Part shown: in pieces, positions 1-15,297 of the stretch
Layout of the letters: each line of letters begins with the position of its first letter
Position numbering within the stretch: position 1 is the first letter of the stretch
NCBI GenBank assembly: GCA_964016885.1
Contig: OZ024746.1
Coordinates: 46,438,001 to 46,502,000 of the forward strand
Direction of reading: 5' to 3'
Length of the DNA stretch: 64,000 bases
From: Eledone cirrhosa
Lineage: Eukaryota
Program-made: the position numbers and the translations under genes
The notes under the pieces: model-generated
Databases searched by the model: none
Told to the model about the DNA's origin: nothing
Seen by the model: only the letters and a program-made list of their open reading frames with translations

Positions 1-96
1 ACATTAGGAAATATGTGATTATATTCCCAATTATGTGTTCGGGGTGGTAACTAAAAGTATTGCGTGGAAAATTGGCTGTCTTATTTCAAATGAGAC

Positions 97-690
<594 letters not shown>

Positions 691-1199
691 CAGTTTGGTG
701 TGTGTATATACATGTAATTAACTTCGTACACATATTTATATAAAGATATATGCTCACATGCATACGCATGCCAAAAAGATGTATGCAAATACAAAAATTC
801 AAGGCTAATGTCTCTGTAAGTTTATAATCCACAGATAAAATGCGTATAGACACATAAATATGAAATAAATGTATACACACATTCATATACTCACACATAT
901 ACGTACACTCACACACACACGCGCGTATATGCATAAACATACACATAATTACGAACATACATACACACACACACCCCCACACACATATATATGTGCATAT
1001 AGTATTATCATAAGCATATGGACATTAATGCACGCACATAAACACTGCCACACACATTTAGATCAAGATACAGAAATTAGGTGGGAGGGGGGGAGAGGTC
1101 AGTATTCAACGGTTTCGGCAGACTGCTTATTTATAGATGTATCTATAAACTTAGAAATAAAAAGAAAAGAAAAAGAAAAAGGAAAAAGAAATATATCAA

Positions 1200-1200
1200 G

Positions 1201-1246
<46 letters not shown>

Positions 1247-1663
1247 TACACATACAACACACACACACACACATATATAAACATATACATATATATATAC
1301 ACATATATACACACATACATATATATATACACACATATATATACATATATACACACACATATATATATACACACATATATATATATACACACACATATAC
1401 ATACACACACATATATATATATACAAACAAGCAAAATATAAAGTATACATCGATATACATACATATAGACATATAAATAAATACACACGCATACACACAC
1501 ATACATATACATACATATACATACACATATATATAAACACATACATATACATACATATACATACACATACCATATAAATACACATACACATACACAGACG
1601 CATACACATAGAGACACATACATATACACATATAAATACATAGACACATACATACATAAACAC

Positions 1664-1694
<31 letters not shown>

Positions 1695-1874
1695 CACACA
1701 TATACACATACACGCATACATACATATATATATATATACACACATATACATATACATATATATATATACATATATACACATACACATACACATATACACA
1801 CATATATATATATATATATATACATTCACAACACTCGTATATATATACACACTCATACATATACACACATATAC

Positions 1875-1919
<45 letters not shown>

Positions 1920-2104
1920 CATACATATATACATATATATACATATATATACAGTCACATCTACATACATATATATATATATATAAAAATACACTCATAT
2001 ATATACACACATACACATACATACCCACACATAAATATATATATATACATAAATATATATACACATACACACACACACACACATACATACATATATATAT
2101 ATAT

Positions 2105-2166
<62 letters not shown>

Positions 2167-2289
2167 ACACACATACATACACATATACACACATACATAT
2201 ATAGTCACACACACACACCTACACATACATACACATACACATATATAAAGATATATATACACACATACACACACACACATATATAATAA

Positions 2290-2320
<31 letters not shown>

Positions 2321-2626
2321 TATACATATACATACATATATACATACATACATACACACACATACATATATATACACACATATACATACACACATACTCA
2401 CATACATACATACACACACACATACATACACACACATACATACTCATACATAGACATAGATATATATTCACACACACATACGCACTTACATATACGCATA
2501 TATACAAATACATACGCATCCATATATGCGTATATACATACAAACATCACTACACTCTCACACAACTCAGACATACAAAGAAAAAGGTATATACATATAC
2601 ATATATACACACATAAATAGAGATAC

Positions 2627-2707
<81 letters not shown>

Positions 2708-3672
2708 CACATACATATACATACATACACATATACACACATACATATATAGTCACACACACACACCTACACATACATACACATACACATATATAAAGAT
2801 ATATATACACACATACACACACATACATATATAATAAATATATATATATATATATATACATATATATATACATATACATACATATATACATACATACATA
2901 CACATACATACATATATATACACACATATACATACAACCATACACACGTACATACATACACACACACATACATACTCATACATAGACATAGATATATATT
3001 CACACACACATACGCACTTACATATACGCATATATACAAATATATACGCATCCATATATGCGTATATACATACAAACACCACTACACTCTCAGACAACTC
3101 AGACATACAAAGAAAAAGGTATATACTTATACATATATACACACATAAATAGAGATACATATACACATATATATATATACATACATATATATATATATAT
3201 ACCCACACACACATACAACCATAAACACACATACAAACACATACATACACACATATATACATATATATACACACACACAAAGACACACATACACATATAT
3301 TTATATATATATATATATATATACATATTTTCACATATATATATATATATATACACATAAATTATATTATAATAATAAATAATATATATACATACATATA
3401 CAAATATATATATATAGACATACATATATATACACACACACACACACTCACATATATATGCGCGCATACGTACACATATACACATACACACATATACACA
3501 TAAACATATACATGTGCATACATGCACATACACACATATACCCACATAGATACGAAGATACACATATATATAGAGAGACATACATATACATACACATATA
3601 TACACATACATACATACACACATATATATACACACATACATACACGCACACACACACATACATATATGCATG

Positions 3673-3708
<36 letters not shown>

Positions 3709-3710
3709 GC

Positions 3711-3741
<31 letters not shown>

Positions 3742-3802
3742 ATCATACACCCTTATTTGCATGCGCATATATGTATTTTTATACTTAGATATATATATAT
3801 AT
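1200..3802. repeat. Compound TA/CA/TACA microsatellite field with internal ~550-bp tandem duplication
   Basis: Direct reading; the unique block 'agtcacacacacacctac...cagacatacaaagaaaaaggt' recurs from ~2202 and ~2751. Confidence 0.93.
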
Positions 3803-4171
3803 ATTAATAAAAATAATGAATAAACAAAGAAACAGTTCCCTATATTAAAAAATTCATCATTTTACGATCATTTCTAGGATATATATGTTAGTGTTGGTAT
3901 GCATATCATATAGATCTATGTAAAATGTTTACAAACTATCAGAAGGAATATATATACCTACACATATATATGCTGTCTTCAGAAATAATGATATTTGTTC
4001 ATTGAATAAAACCAACAAAGATTTAATATAATAGGTCTGTTTGGGAACAGGTTTTGAATTGACCAATAGAAAGGTAATAACTGGCTAAATGGTAAAATAG
4101 TAGTAATGGAACTTTAATGTAGAGGTAGAAGAAGGCAGATTTCAGTTTTGAATGGAAGGAGTATGATGAAT
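3803..4171 (-). mobile_element. Inverted partial pLTR at the 5' end of the truncated PLE
   Basis: Reverse complement of the pLTR sequence at 6067-6268/6400-6668; an inverted 5' pLTR is a known PLE insertion structure. Confidence 0.88.
3855..3990 (-). ncRNA. Hammerhead ribozyme (long stem II) in inverted pLTR
   Basis: Minus strand: CATTATTT-CTGAAGA-...-GAAA-TGATCG-TA-AAATGATG. Confidence 0.65.
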
Positions 4172-4172
4172 A

Positions 4173-5527
4173 ACCTTACCATAAACCTAACCAAAACTTA
4201 CATTACATACACTCACAATCTAATCACCCTAAATCTATCCTTAAAAACCTAGCATATAATATCTCACTCAGAATTTCTAAGCTTTCGTCTAACTTGGATG
4301 TATTTGATAAAAATGCGACCTTTTATAACGAAGCTTTAGCTAGAAGTGGCCACAAAAATAAATTAGTATATATACCTTGTACCAATAACACTACAAATAT
4401 ACAACCTAATATTACCAACAAACACCAAATGAAACATACACACCTAAATGCCACTCACACTATACCCAAAAATACCAACATAAAACTAAATTTCTCTAAC
4501 TCTTCTAATATACAATATAGTAACTCTCAAAAATCTATTCATCCTACTACTCTAATCAATGTTAATAATAAAACTCCTAATAAACAAGCTAAAACACCTA
4601 AATCAATGAATCTAACTAAAAATGTGTGTGGTGAAGTCATTAACAATAATTCTCTTAATAAATATCAGGATACATCCTATAAAAATAATAAACAACATCG
4701 AAACCGTAATAGACGAGTTACTTGGTATAATGGTCCATTTAATTTACAAATTAAAGATAATATACCTAAAAATTTGTTTACTATCCTAGAGAAGAACTTC
4801 CCGCCAAACCACAAATACCATCAAATTTTAAATAGATCAACGGTTAAATTCTCCTACACAACAACCAAAAACATAAAACAAAATATAAGTGCCTATAATG
4901 CATATAAATGTTAAAAAACCATGAGTATACCACCAATACATCAAACTAACCTTTAATATCTCCTCTGATACAGGATTCACGAAAAGTTGTAACTGTAGAA
5001 ACAAAGTAAATTGCCCATTAAAAGGAAATTGCCTTTTTAATAACATAGTATATAAATGTAAAGTTAACACTAAGGACTCAATTTATTCATATATAGGAGC
5101 TACCTCTAACCAATTTAAAGTAAGTTTTAATACCCACAAACACAGTTTGAAAAATGCCGCATTAGCTAACACAACATCTTTAGCTGAAATAATTAATAAT
5201 TATAGAAAGAGGAATATAGATTATGACCTGACCTGGAGTGTGCTCAAAAGGGCCACCCCTTATCAAAATAATAGATATGAATGTAGATTGTGTTCCCAGG
5301 AACTTTTTGAAATAATGAAATCTAAGTATATCCTATTAAATAAGCGAGAGGAATTAATAATTGTTTCTACTTTAGGCACAAGGCCAGCAATTATCCAGTG
5401 CATTACTGGTACTTTATTTTATCGACCCCGTAAGGATGAAAGGCAAAGTCAACCTCGGCGGGAGGAATTAATAATATCGTGTAATCATAAACTGAGAAAA
5501 ACCTTTAAATATTATAAACCTAATTAA
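4173..5527 (+). pseudogene. Disrupted PLE ORF: RT thumb, Zn-knuckle linker, GIY-YIG endonuclease
   Basis: PYHKPNQNLHYIHSQSNHP; WYNGPF; CNCRNKVNCPLKGNC (CxCx5Cx5C); IVYKC...YIG; CRLC...LLNKREEL..SCNH; frameshift near 4910 and a SINE insertion. Confidence 0.88.
5362..5461 (-). mobile_element. 5'-truncated SINE inserted in the PLE endonuclease region
   Basis: Matches the SINE at 48410-48594; 14-bp TSD gaggaattaataat at 5348-5361 and 5462-5475. Confidence 0.92.
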
Positions 5528-6480
5528 TATACACTTTAGAAATTATTATAATAACATTTTAAAAATTTAGTTAACCTATAATTAATATTCTACTACTAAT
5601 GAACTACATAATTTTATTTCCCTTTTACAACTATCTTTTCCTAAAATTGATACCATTAAGTATACATATATACTGTTTTAATTTCAGGTTATGATTCTAT
5701 ATTCCTTGTAATCTCTATATATTTGTTATTTCTCACTAATAAATTTAACCCCCCCCCCAATAATTATATATATATTTTTTTTTTTATTTCCCCTCGTTTT
5801 TAACAGCACTCTTCAATTACATCTAACTCTTATTTATCATATCTATATGCATTAATATAATTTTATCAATATAAATATACCTATCAATTTAATTAATTTA
5901 TTTTCTTTCCATAGATGTAAATTCCATATATTTTTTTCACTAACACTTTTATCGTAAAATTTTAGTCTCCTTAGATATTTACATTGGCATTATTCTTTTA
6001 TAACAGCAATTTTTCGTGTACCTTTTACCGACCTGACCTATTTTCACCCCTAAAATAACCTTTTCATTCATCATACTCCTTCCATTCAAAACTGAAATCT
6101 GCCTTCTTCTACCCCTAAATTAAAGTTCCATTACTACTATTTTACCATTTAGCCAGTTATTACCTTTCTATTGGTCAATTCAAAACCTGTTCCCAAACAG
6201 ACCTATTATATTAAATCTTTGTTGGTTTTATTCAATGAACAAATATAATTATTTCTGAAGACAGCATATGACCTATTTTCATACCTAAAATAATCTTTCA
6301 TTCATAATATTCTTTCCATCCAAAACTGAAATCTACCTTCCTCTACCCCTAAATTAAGGTTCTATTACTACTATTTTACCATCTTGACCTTCACTATCTT
6401 TCTATTGGTCAATTCAAAACCTGTTCCCAAACAGACCTATTGTATTAAATCTTTGTTGTTTTTTTTCAATAAACAAATAT

Positions 6481-6616
6481 CATTATTTCTGAAGACAGCA
6501 TACATATGTGTAGGTATGTATATTCATTCTGATAGTTTGTAAACATTTTACATAGAACTATATGATATGCATACCAACACTAACATATATATCCTAGAAA
6601 CGATCGTAAAATGATG
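6481..6616 (+). ncRNA. Type I hammerhead ribozyme with ~100-nt stem II
   Basis: CATTATTT(6481)-CTGAAGA(6489-6495)-long hairpin (GGTATGTATA/TATGCATACC, ATATGTG/CATATAT)-GAAA(6597-6600)-CGATCG-TA-AAATGATG. Confidence 0.72.
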
Positions 6617-6804
6617 AATTTTTTAATATAAGGAACTGTTTCTTTGTTTATTCATTATTTTTATTAATTTATCTTGACTCTGTTTTCCTGTATTTTTCAT
6701 CGAAAAAATTTTTTGAATACATCTTCTCTTTTCATGATATTCGGATTACATTGAGTTCTTCATACGGATTGGACACTACCGTACATTTTGGTAGATTTAT
6801 CTAC

Positions 6805-6856
<52 letters not shown>

Positions 6857-6913
6857 CGTTTCTGAATTTGTTTAGCAAGATTCTTTATCTGAAATCGTGT
6901 GTTGAAACCGATA

Positions 6914-7144
6914 TTGTTATACTTTGGGAGGGTCATGTTGCCAATAAGAAACACACGCACACGAAGAGGTCACAGAGTGTGTGACGAAAGGACTATGACT
7001 ATATATATAAACAACTATCTGGTTGTGGAACCAACCAACCAACCAGAAATTTATAAGTTTATAAATTTATAAATATATAATAAATTGAAGTGAAAGCAAC
7101 TGGTGCGTGTGTTTCTTATTGGCAACATAACCCTCCCAAAGTAT

Positions 7145-7149
<5 letters not shown>
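6914..7149 (+). mobile_element. Miniature PLE derivative with 47-bp inverted termini and truncated HHR
   Basis: 6914-6960 is a near-perfect inverse of 7103-7149; terminus ACCCTCCCAAAGTATAACAA nearly matches the PLE end at 18341-18360; GAAGAG-GTCACA/TGTGAC-GAAA at 6963-6989. Confidence 0.7.
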
Positions 7150-7519
<370 letters not shown>

Positions 7520-7563
7520 AAGTTAAATAAAAGTCAAATGATTAAAATTTAGCTTCGTTTATT

Positions 7564-7619
7564 ACTGCTATATATATTTCAGTGACAGCCATCTTTTGGC
7601 TGTGACCTCTTCAGGCAGT
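7564..7619 (-). ncRNA. Type I hammerhead ribozyme (minus arm, copy 1)
   Basis: Reverse complement of the 7850-7904 HHR with one extra nt in loop 2. Confidence 0.85.
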
Positions 7620-7849
7620 TTGAATTAGTATGGTATAGACAAGTACATATGTTGTTTAGGTGTATGATATTGTCAATACTCTGATATGCCCAGTTCCTTG
7701 TTGGGTTGTTAATTCACTGGGGAACTGGAGTCATATGACTCCAGTTCCCCAGTGAATTAACAACCCAACAAGGAACTGGGCATATCAGAGTATTGACAAT
7801 ATCATACACCTAAACAACATATGTACTTGTCTATACCATACTAATTCAA

Positions 7850-7904
7850 ACTGCCTGAAGAGGTCACAGCCAAAGATGGCTGTCACTGAAATATATATAG
7901 CAGT
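7850..7904 (+). ncRNA. Type I hammerhead ribozyme (plus arm, copy 1)
   Basis: ACTGC-CTGAAGA-GGTCACAGCCA aaga TGGCTGTCACT-GAAA-TATATA-TA-GCAGT; intact core; predicted cleavage after A7899. Confidence 0.88.
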
Positions 7905-8078
7905 AATAAACGAAGCTAAATTTTAATCATTTGACTTTTATTTAACTTTATTTTACACTACTCCGGAGTAACCAAACCAACCTGCGCACTTCGTCGAGTG
8001 CTCCAGCCTGCATACTGAGGTGTTGGTATACAACCAACATAAACTCAAAATCTATATATATATATATATATATATATA

Positions 8079-8664
8079 GTAATAATAATAAAATTGAAGA
8101 CTAAAATCCAGAGAGGGCTCGATAAGGAAAATATATATCAAATATATAAGAACCGAAGAGCAAATATTTATTAAAATAACAGATTAAAGTTTAAGCAAAG
8201 AATCGCTGCTTTCACCCTTAACGGGATCTTCTGAAACTAACAAAGTCAATCTGTAAACGCAGAACTGGATATTTCAAAAAACGTTGCAACCGGAGGAAGA
8301 CAGGAAGACGATACTTTGGTTCATGGTGACGTTCGCTGGCAAAGAACGGAAAAAAAACGAATAAAACGTCATTAATAGGAGCGGTGAAAAACAATTACGC
8401 GCAATGACAGAACCACGTTATGGTATAAAAGAGGTCGTAGACTAATGTTCTCTAAGTGGTGCATAGAGACGTTCTCTGGCAATGAACGAACAAACGAAGA
8501 TAATAAGTCATATGTGGAGCGTGGAGAACAATAGCGTGCAAAGACAAAACCACGTAAATGGTATAGCAGAAGTCGTAGACTAAAATTCTAACTAGGAGAC
8601 CGAATGAATCTCCGCTAAGCAGCGATTCTTTGCTTAAACTTTAATCTGTTATTTTAATAAATAT
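8079..8664 (-). mobile_element. PLE-type terminal repeat fragment with short inverted end
   Basis: 8617-8664 is the inverse of 8164-8211; internal ~145-bp tandem duplication; second copy at 45828; (TA)n flanks. Confidence 0.72.
8188..8238 (-). ncRNA. Hammerhead-like fold with variant core (CAGAAGA)
   Basis: Minus strand: AGTTT-CAGAAGA-TCCCgttaaGGGT-GAA-AGCAGcgattctTTGCT-T-AAACT; all three stems pair. Confidence 0.55.
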
Positions 8665-11078
<2,414 letters not shown>

Positions 11079-11152
11079 TATACATATATATATATAGACA
11101 TATATATATATATACATATATATATATACATACATATATATACATATATATA

Positions 11153-11870
11153 TGAAATATGTATGCAGTAGATGTACAGGGAAATTAGACAGTAGAAGTC
11201 GCACTGATAGACACATTTTTCAAATGCAAGAGGGCGCTATAGAAGTGGTGGATAGCTTCCGGTACCTATGAGATCAGATTAGCATGGGAGGAGGGTGTTC
11301 CGAGGCCATAGTACCTAGAATAAGGACGGGTTGGAAGAAGTTTAGGGAGCTGCTTCCTCTGTTGACGAAGAAGGGTTTCTCCCTGCGTACGAAAGGCCGG
11401 TTGTATGATGCTTGTGTGAGGAGCGCGATGCTGCATGGTAGTGAGACATGGGCAGCAACTGCAGAGGATATGCGACGGCTGGAGAGAAATGAGGCAAGCA
11501 TGCTCCGTTGGATGTGCAGTGTAAATGTGCGTGAACGACCCAGCATAAATGTGATGAGAGAGAAACTGTGTCTGAGAGGGATAGAATGTAGTGTACGGGA
11601 GAGGAGACTGAGGTGGTATGGACATGTGATGCGCATGGAGGATGACTGATGGGTGAAGAAGTGCCAGGAATTGCCAGTTGAAGGAAGACGTGGTAGAGGT
11701 AGACCACGATAAACATGGGCGGAGGTAGTGAGAACAGACCTCAGATCATTGAAGCTCACGGTGGAGATGACGAGGGACCGTGACGAGTGGAGAGATGCTG
11801 TGCTGAATAAGACCCGTCCCACCCTTGCAAGCAGGGAAAAGCGGACGTAAAATGATGATGATGATGATGA
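11153..11870 (+). mobile_element. RTE-clade LINE 3' fragment
   Basis: RLYDACVRSAMLHGSETW, RLRWYGHVMRM, GRGRPR motifs with stops; (TGA)n tail. Confidence 0.9.
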
Positions 11871-12122
11871 AAGACTTAAAATAAGAAAATTATGAAAATT
11901 AACTTACTTACTAAAATTTCTAGTAGGTTAATTTTCATAATTTTCTTATTTTACGTCTTTCATATAATTGTTCTGCATCCCCTTGCATAGAACCACAAAC
12001 TTACTAAGACAAAACATATATATTTGCTAGCATAGGTATGCATCTGTATACATATGTTGGTAGATATACTAATTCTTTATACATATATATATATACATAT
12101 ATAAATAAATATATATATATAT

Positions 12123-12167
<45 letters not shown>

Positions 12168-12172
<5 letters not shown>

Positions 12173-13997
12173 ATACTTGGGGAGGGTCATATTTGCGTAA
12201 TATTGCCAGAATTAATAACAGAACACACTCACTGTTTGGTTGGTTTTCGCTTCTCGCTGTCTTTTATTATATCTGCGATCTAACTTACTCGGTCCTCAAA
12301 GTTGCCTTGCCATTGACTGACCGGCGGTCAAAAATAATACAGATACAATATAGACACAAACACATATATATATATATAGTTTACATAATTTACATAAATC
12401 TTTCGTTGCACATCTGCAACATCGTCAGTGGTGTTATATTCATTGTTCCTCCTGTTGTGTTGTATGTCTACGCCATTTTTTTTATTCAGTCTGTCTATAT
12501 ATTTATTTATTTATTTGCTTGTTTGTTTATCTTATTTTATTTTGTCTTCTTTGCGCATGCGTTTGCGTGTGTGTATAGTGTTATGTGTGATGTGTGACTA
12601 GTGTGTATAGTGTTGTGTCTGCTGGGTGACTAGTGTGTGTTTATGTGCTTGTTGTTATTGTGCTTGTGTATGTATTTATTTATCTTATTTTATTTAATTT
12701 TATTTACTTATTTATATTTCTCTTAGGTCAGTGTTGTTTGTTTGGGTGTTGTTGTTGTTCCACTCATTCTTTCTGTTTAGCTTTGGTCTTCTAATTTCTA
12801 TTTCACTGGCCTCTCTGATTTGCCTATCTGCTGGGTCATTCCTATGTTTAGATATTATTCTAATTTCTATGTTGTCTATGTTACCATCATGTTGTTGTCT
12901 AGAATGTTCGTATAGTACTGACCCGTTTTTTCGTCCTTTTAGTTCCCCCCAGTGTTGGTCTATCCTTTCACCTATGCTACGAGCTGTCTCACCTATGTAT
13001 GTTGTTGTCATGTTTCTGCAAGTACCCTCTGTACATCTTATGCTATAGACTACGTTTCTAGTTTTACAGTTTATCCGGGGGTTCACCTTACATATGATAC
13101 ACTTCCTATTGGTACAGTGGGTTTTCTTAAAAGGGTAGCTTTTGCTGATCAGGGATTTTATGGTGGTTCCTGGCTTTTCTACCACCTTTATCTTTAAGTG
13201 GGTCTTTCTCAGGGCCTACCTACACTGGTTAGCTAATTTCCCTCCAAGGGGTGGCGTCCACAAACATGACACTCTGATATCTCTGGTTGTCGTACCATGA
13301 TGTGGCCTTCCCTATCTTATGTTTAGCCCTATCTAAGCTATTCCATGATTTGCTCCTGTATAGTGGGCAGATTCCTTTCATGTCCAGTTCTATGAGGGTC
13401 TTATACTTTTCCATGGCTCCTTCGTATACTCTGACTCTGTCTCTTTGGTTGTAGCCAGAGAACTGCATGCGGTTGATGAAGTGTTGGATGTGTCCTTCCA
13501 TTTCTGTTGGGTCGCACATGCTGGACACATTCTTCATCACTCGTACCAAATCTGCGATCAGAATATTAAACTTAGCACTACTGGACATTGCTGAGTTTTT
13601 GAGTATAAGGTATTTGGAGGCCATGGGTTTAGCATAGTGTGAGTGGAGAATCTGGGCTCTCTCGTCTATAGTGTTAATCCAGAGTTCTGTGTCTAATACA
13701 GGTAGTCTATTGTTAGGGTGTTTGGAAGGGAAGTCTATAGTTACAGTTATACTCTGGTGTATGGAATTAGCTATCTGCTGGATGCTTTCCATCGTGCTAC
13801 GTTCTAAATCAAACTTGTTAGTGCTCTCTAGTGGGGGTGTTCTTATAACTATATTGATATCGTCTACATAACGAGAGTACATGATGAGATCTATGGAGCT
13901 TTCATTAAGGAGATCTTTAAGTCTCCTTTCCCACCATACCATGAAAAGGTTGGCAACATCACCAGCTATGCTGACGCCGATGGCTGCTCCCTCATTT
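12168..13997 (-). mobile_element. Penelope-like element family B, copy 1 (5'-truncated in RT)
   Basis: [32 protein letters not shown]...YIGETARSIGER (GIY-YIG); frameshift near 13245; highly similar to 15298-17058. Confidence 0.92.
12359..12435 (-). ncRNA. Hammerhead-like motif in family B pLTR
   Basis: Minus strand: CTGACGA-T-GTTGCA gatg TGCAAC-GAAA; stems I and III weak. Confidence 0.5.
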
Positions 13998-14013
13998 TTT
14001 TTTTCCTCATATG

Positions 14014-14239
<226 letters not shown>

Positions 14240-14391
14240 TTTAGAGTTAGAGGTTATGTTGGTTGTATACCAACACCTCAGTATGCAGGCTGGAGCACTC
14301 GACGAAGTGCGCAGGTTGGTTTGGTTACTCCGGAGTAGTGTAAAATAAAGTTAAATAAAAGTCAAATGATTAAAATTTAGCTTCGTTTATT

Positions 14392-14446
14392 ACTGCTATA
14401 TATATTTCAGTGACAGCCATCTTTGGCTGTGACCTCTTCAGGCAGT
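14392..14446 (-). ncRNA. Type I hammerhead ribozyme (minus arm, copy 2)
   Basis: Reverse complement of 14677-14731. Confidence 0.87.
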
Positions 14447-14676
14447 TTGAATTAGTATGGTATAGACAAGTACATATGTTGTTTAGGTGTATGATATTGT
14501 CAATACTCTGATATGCCCAGTTCCTTGCTGGGTTGTTAATTCACTGGGGAACTGGAGTCATATGACTCCAGTTCCCCAGTGAATTAACAACCCAGCAAGG
14601 AACTGGGCATATCAGAGTATTGACAATATCATACACCTAAACAACATATGTACTTGTCTATACCATACTAATTCAA

Positions 14677-14731
14677 ACTGCCTGAAGAGGTCACAGCCAA
14701 AGATGGCTGTCACTGAAATATATATAGCAGT
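14677..14731 (+). ncRNA. Type I hammerhead ribozyme (plus arm, copy 2)
   Basis: ACTGC-CTGAAGA(14682-14688)-stem II-GAAA(14715-14718)-TATATA-TA-GCAGT. Confidence 0.87.
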
Positions 14732-14775
14732 AATAAACGAAGCTAAATTTTAATCATTTGACTTTTATTTAACTT

Positions 14776-14822
<47 letters not shown>

Positions 14823-14845
14823 CATATATATATACATATATATAC

Positions 14846-14896
<51 letters not shown>

Positions 14897-14935
14897 CACA
14901 CACATATATATATATACACATATATATATATATAT

Positions 14936-14974
<39 letters not shown>

Positions 14975-14992
14975 TATATATATATATACACA

Positions 14993-15026
<34 letters not shown>

Positions 15027-15066
15027 CACACATATATATATATACATATATATATATATACACACA

Positions 15067-15135
<69 letters not shown>

Positions 15136-15219
15136 CATATATATATATGTATATATTACATATATATATATATATATTACATATATATATCTATATTACA
15201 TATATATATCTATATTATA

Positions 15220-15251
<32 letters not shown>

Positions 15252-15297
15252 CATATATATATACATATTTATATATATATATATACATATATATATA

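Larger units (their letters stand above)
4172..6803 (+). mobile_element. 5'-truncated Penelope-like retroelement (probably Naiad-type) with partial tandem pLTR
   Basis: RT thumb plus GIY-YIG remnants followed by a long 3' UTR; partial tandem repeat ~6035-6269 / 6270-6500; ends in (TA)n. Confidence 0.88.

Noticed and set aside
1095-1135. Possible HHR half on the minus strand (GCAGTCTGCCGAAACCGTTGAATA)
   Set aside because: No CTGANGA partner or stem I found
4980-5527. Selenoprotein-encoding Naiad
   Set aside because: The Zn-knuckle cysteines are TGT/TGC, the ORF break is a frameshift/TAA, and no convincing SECIS could be drawn by eye
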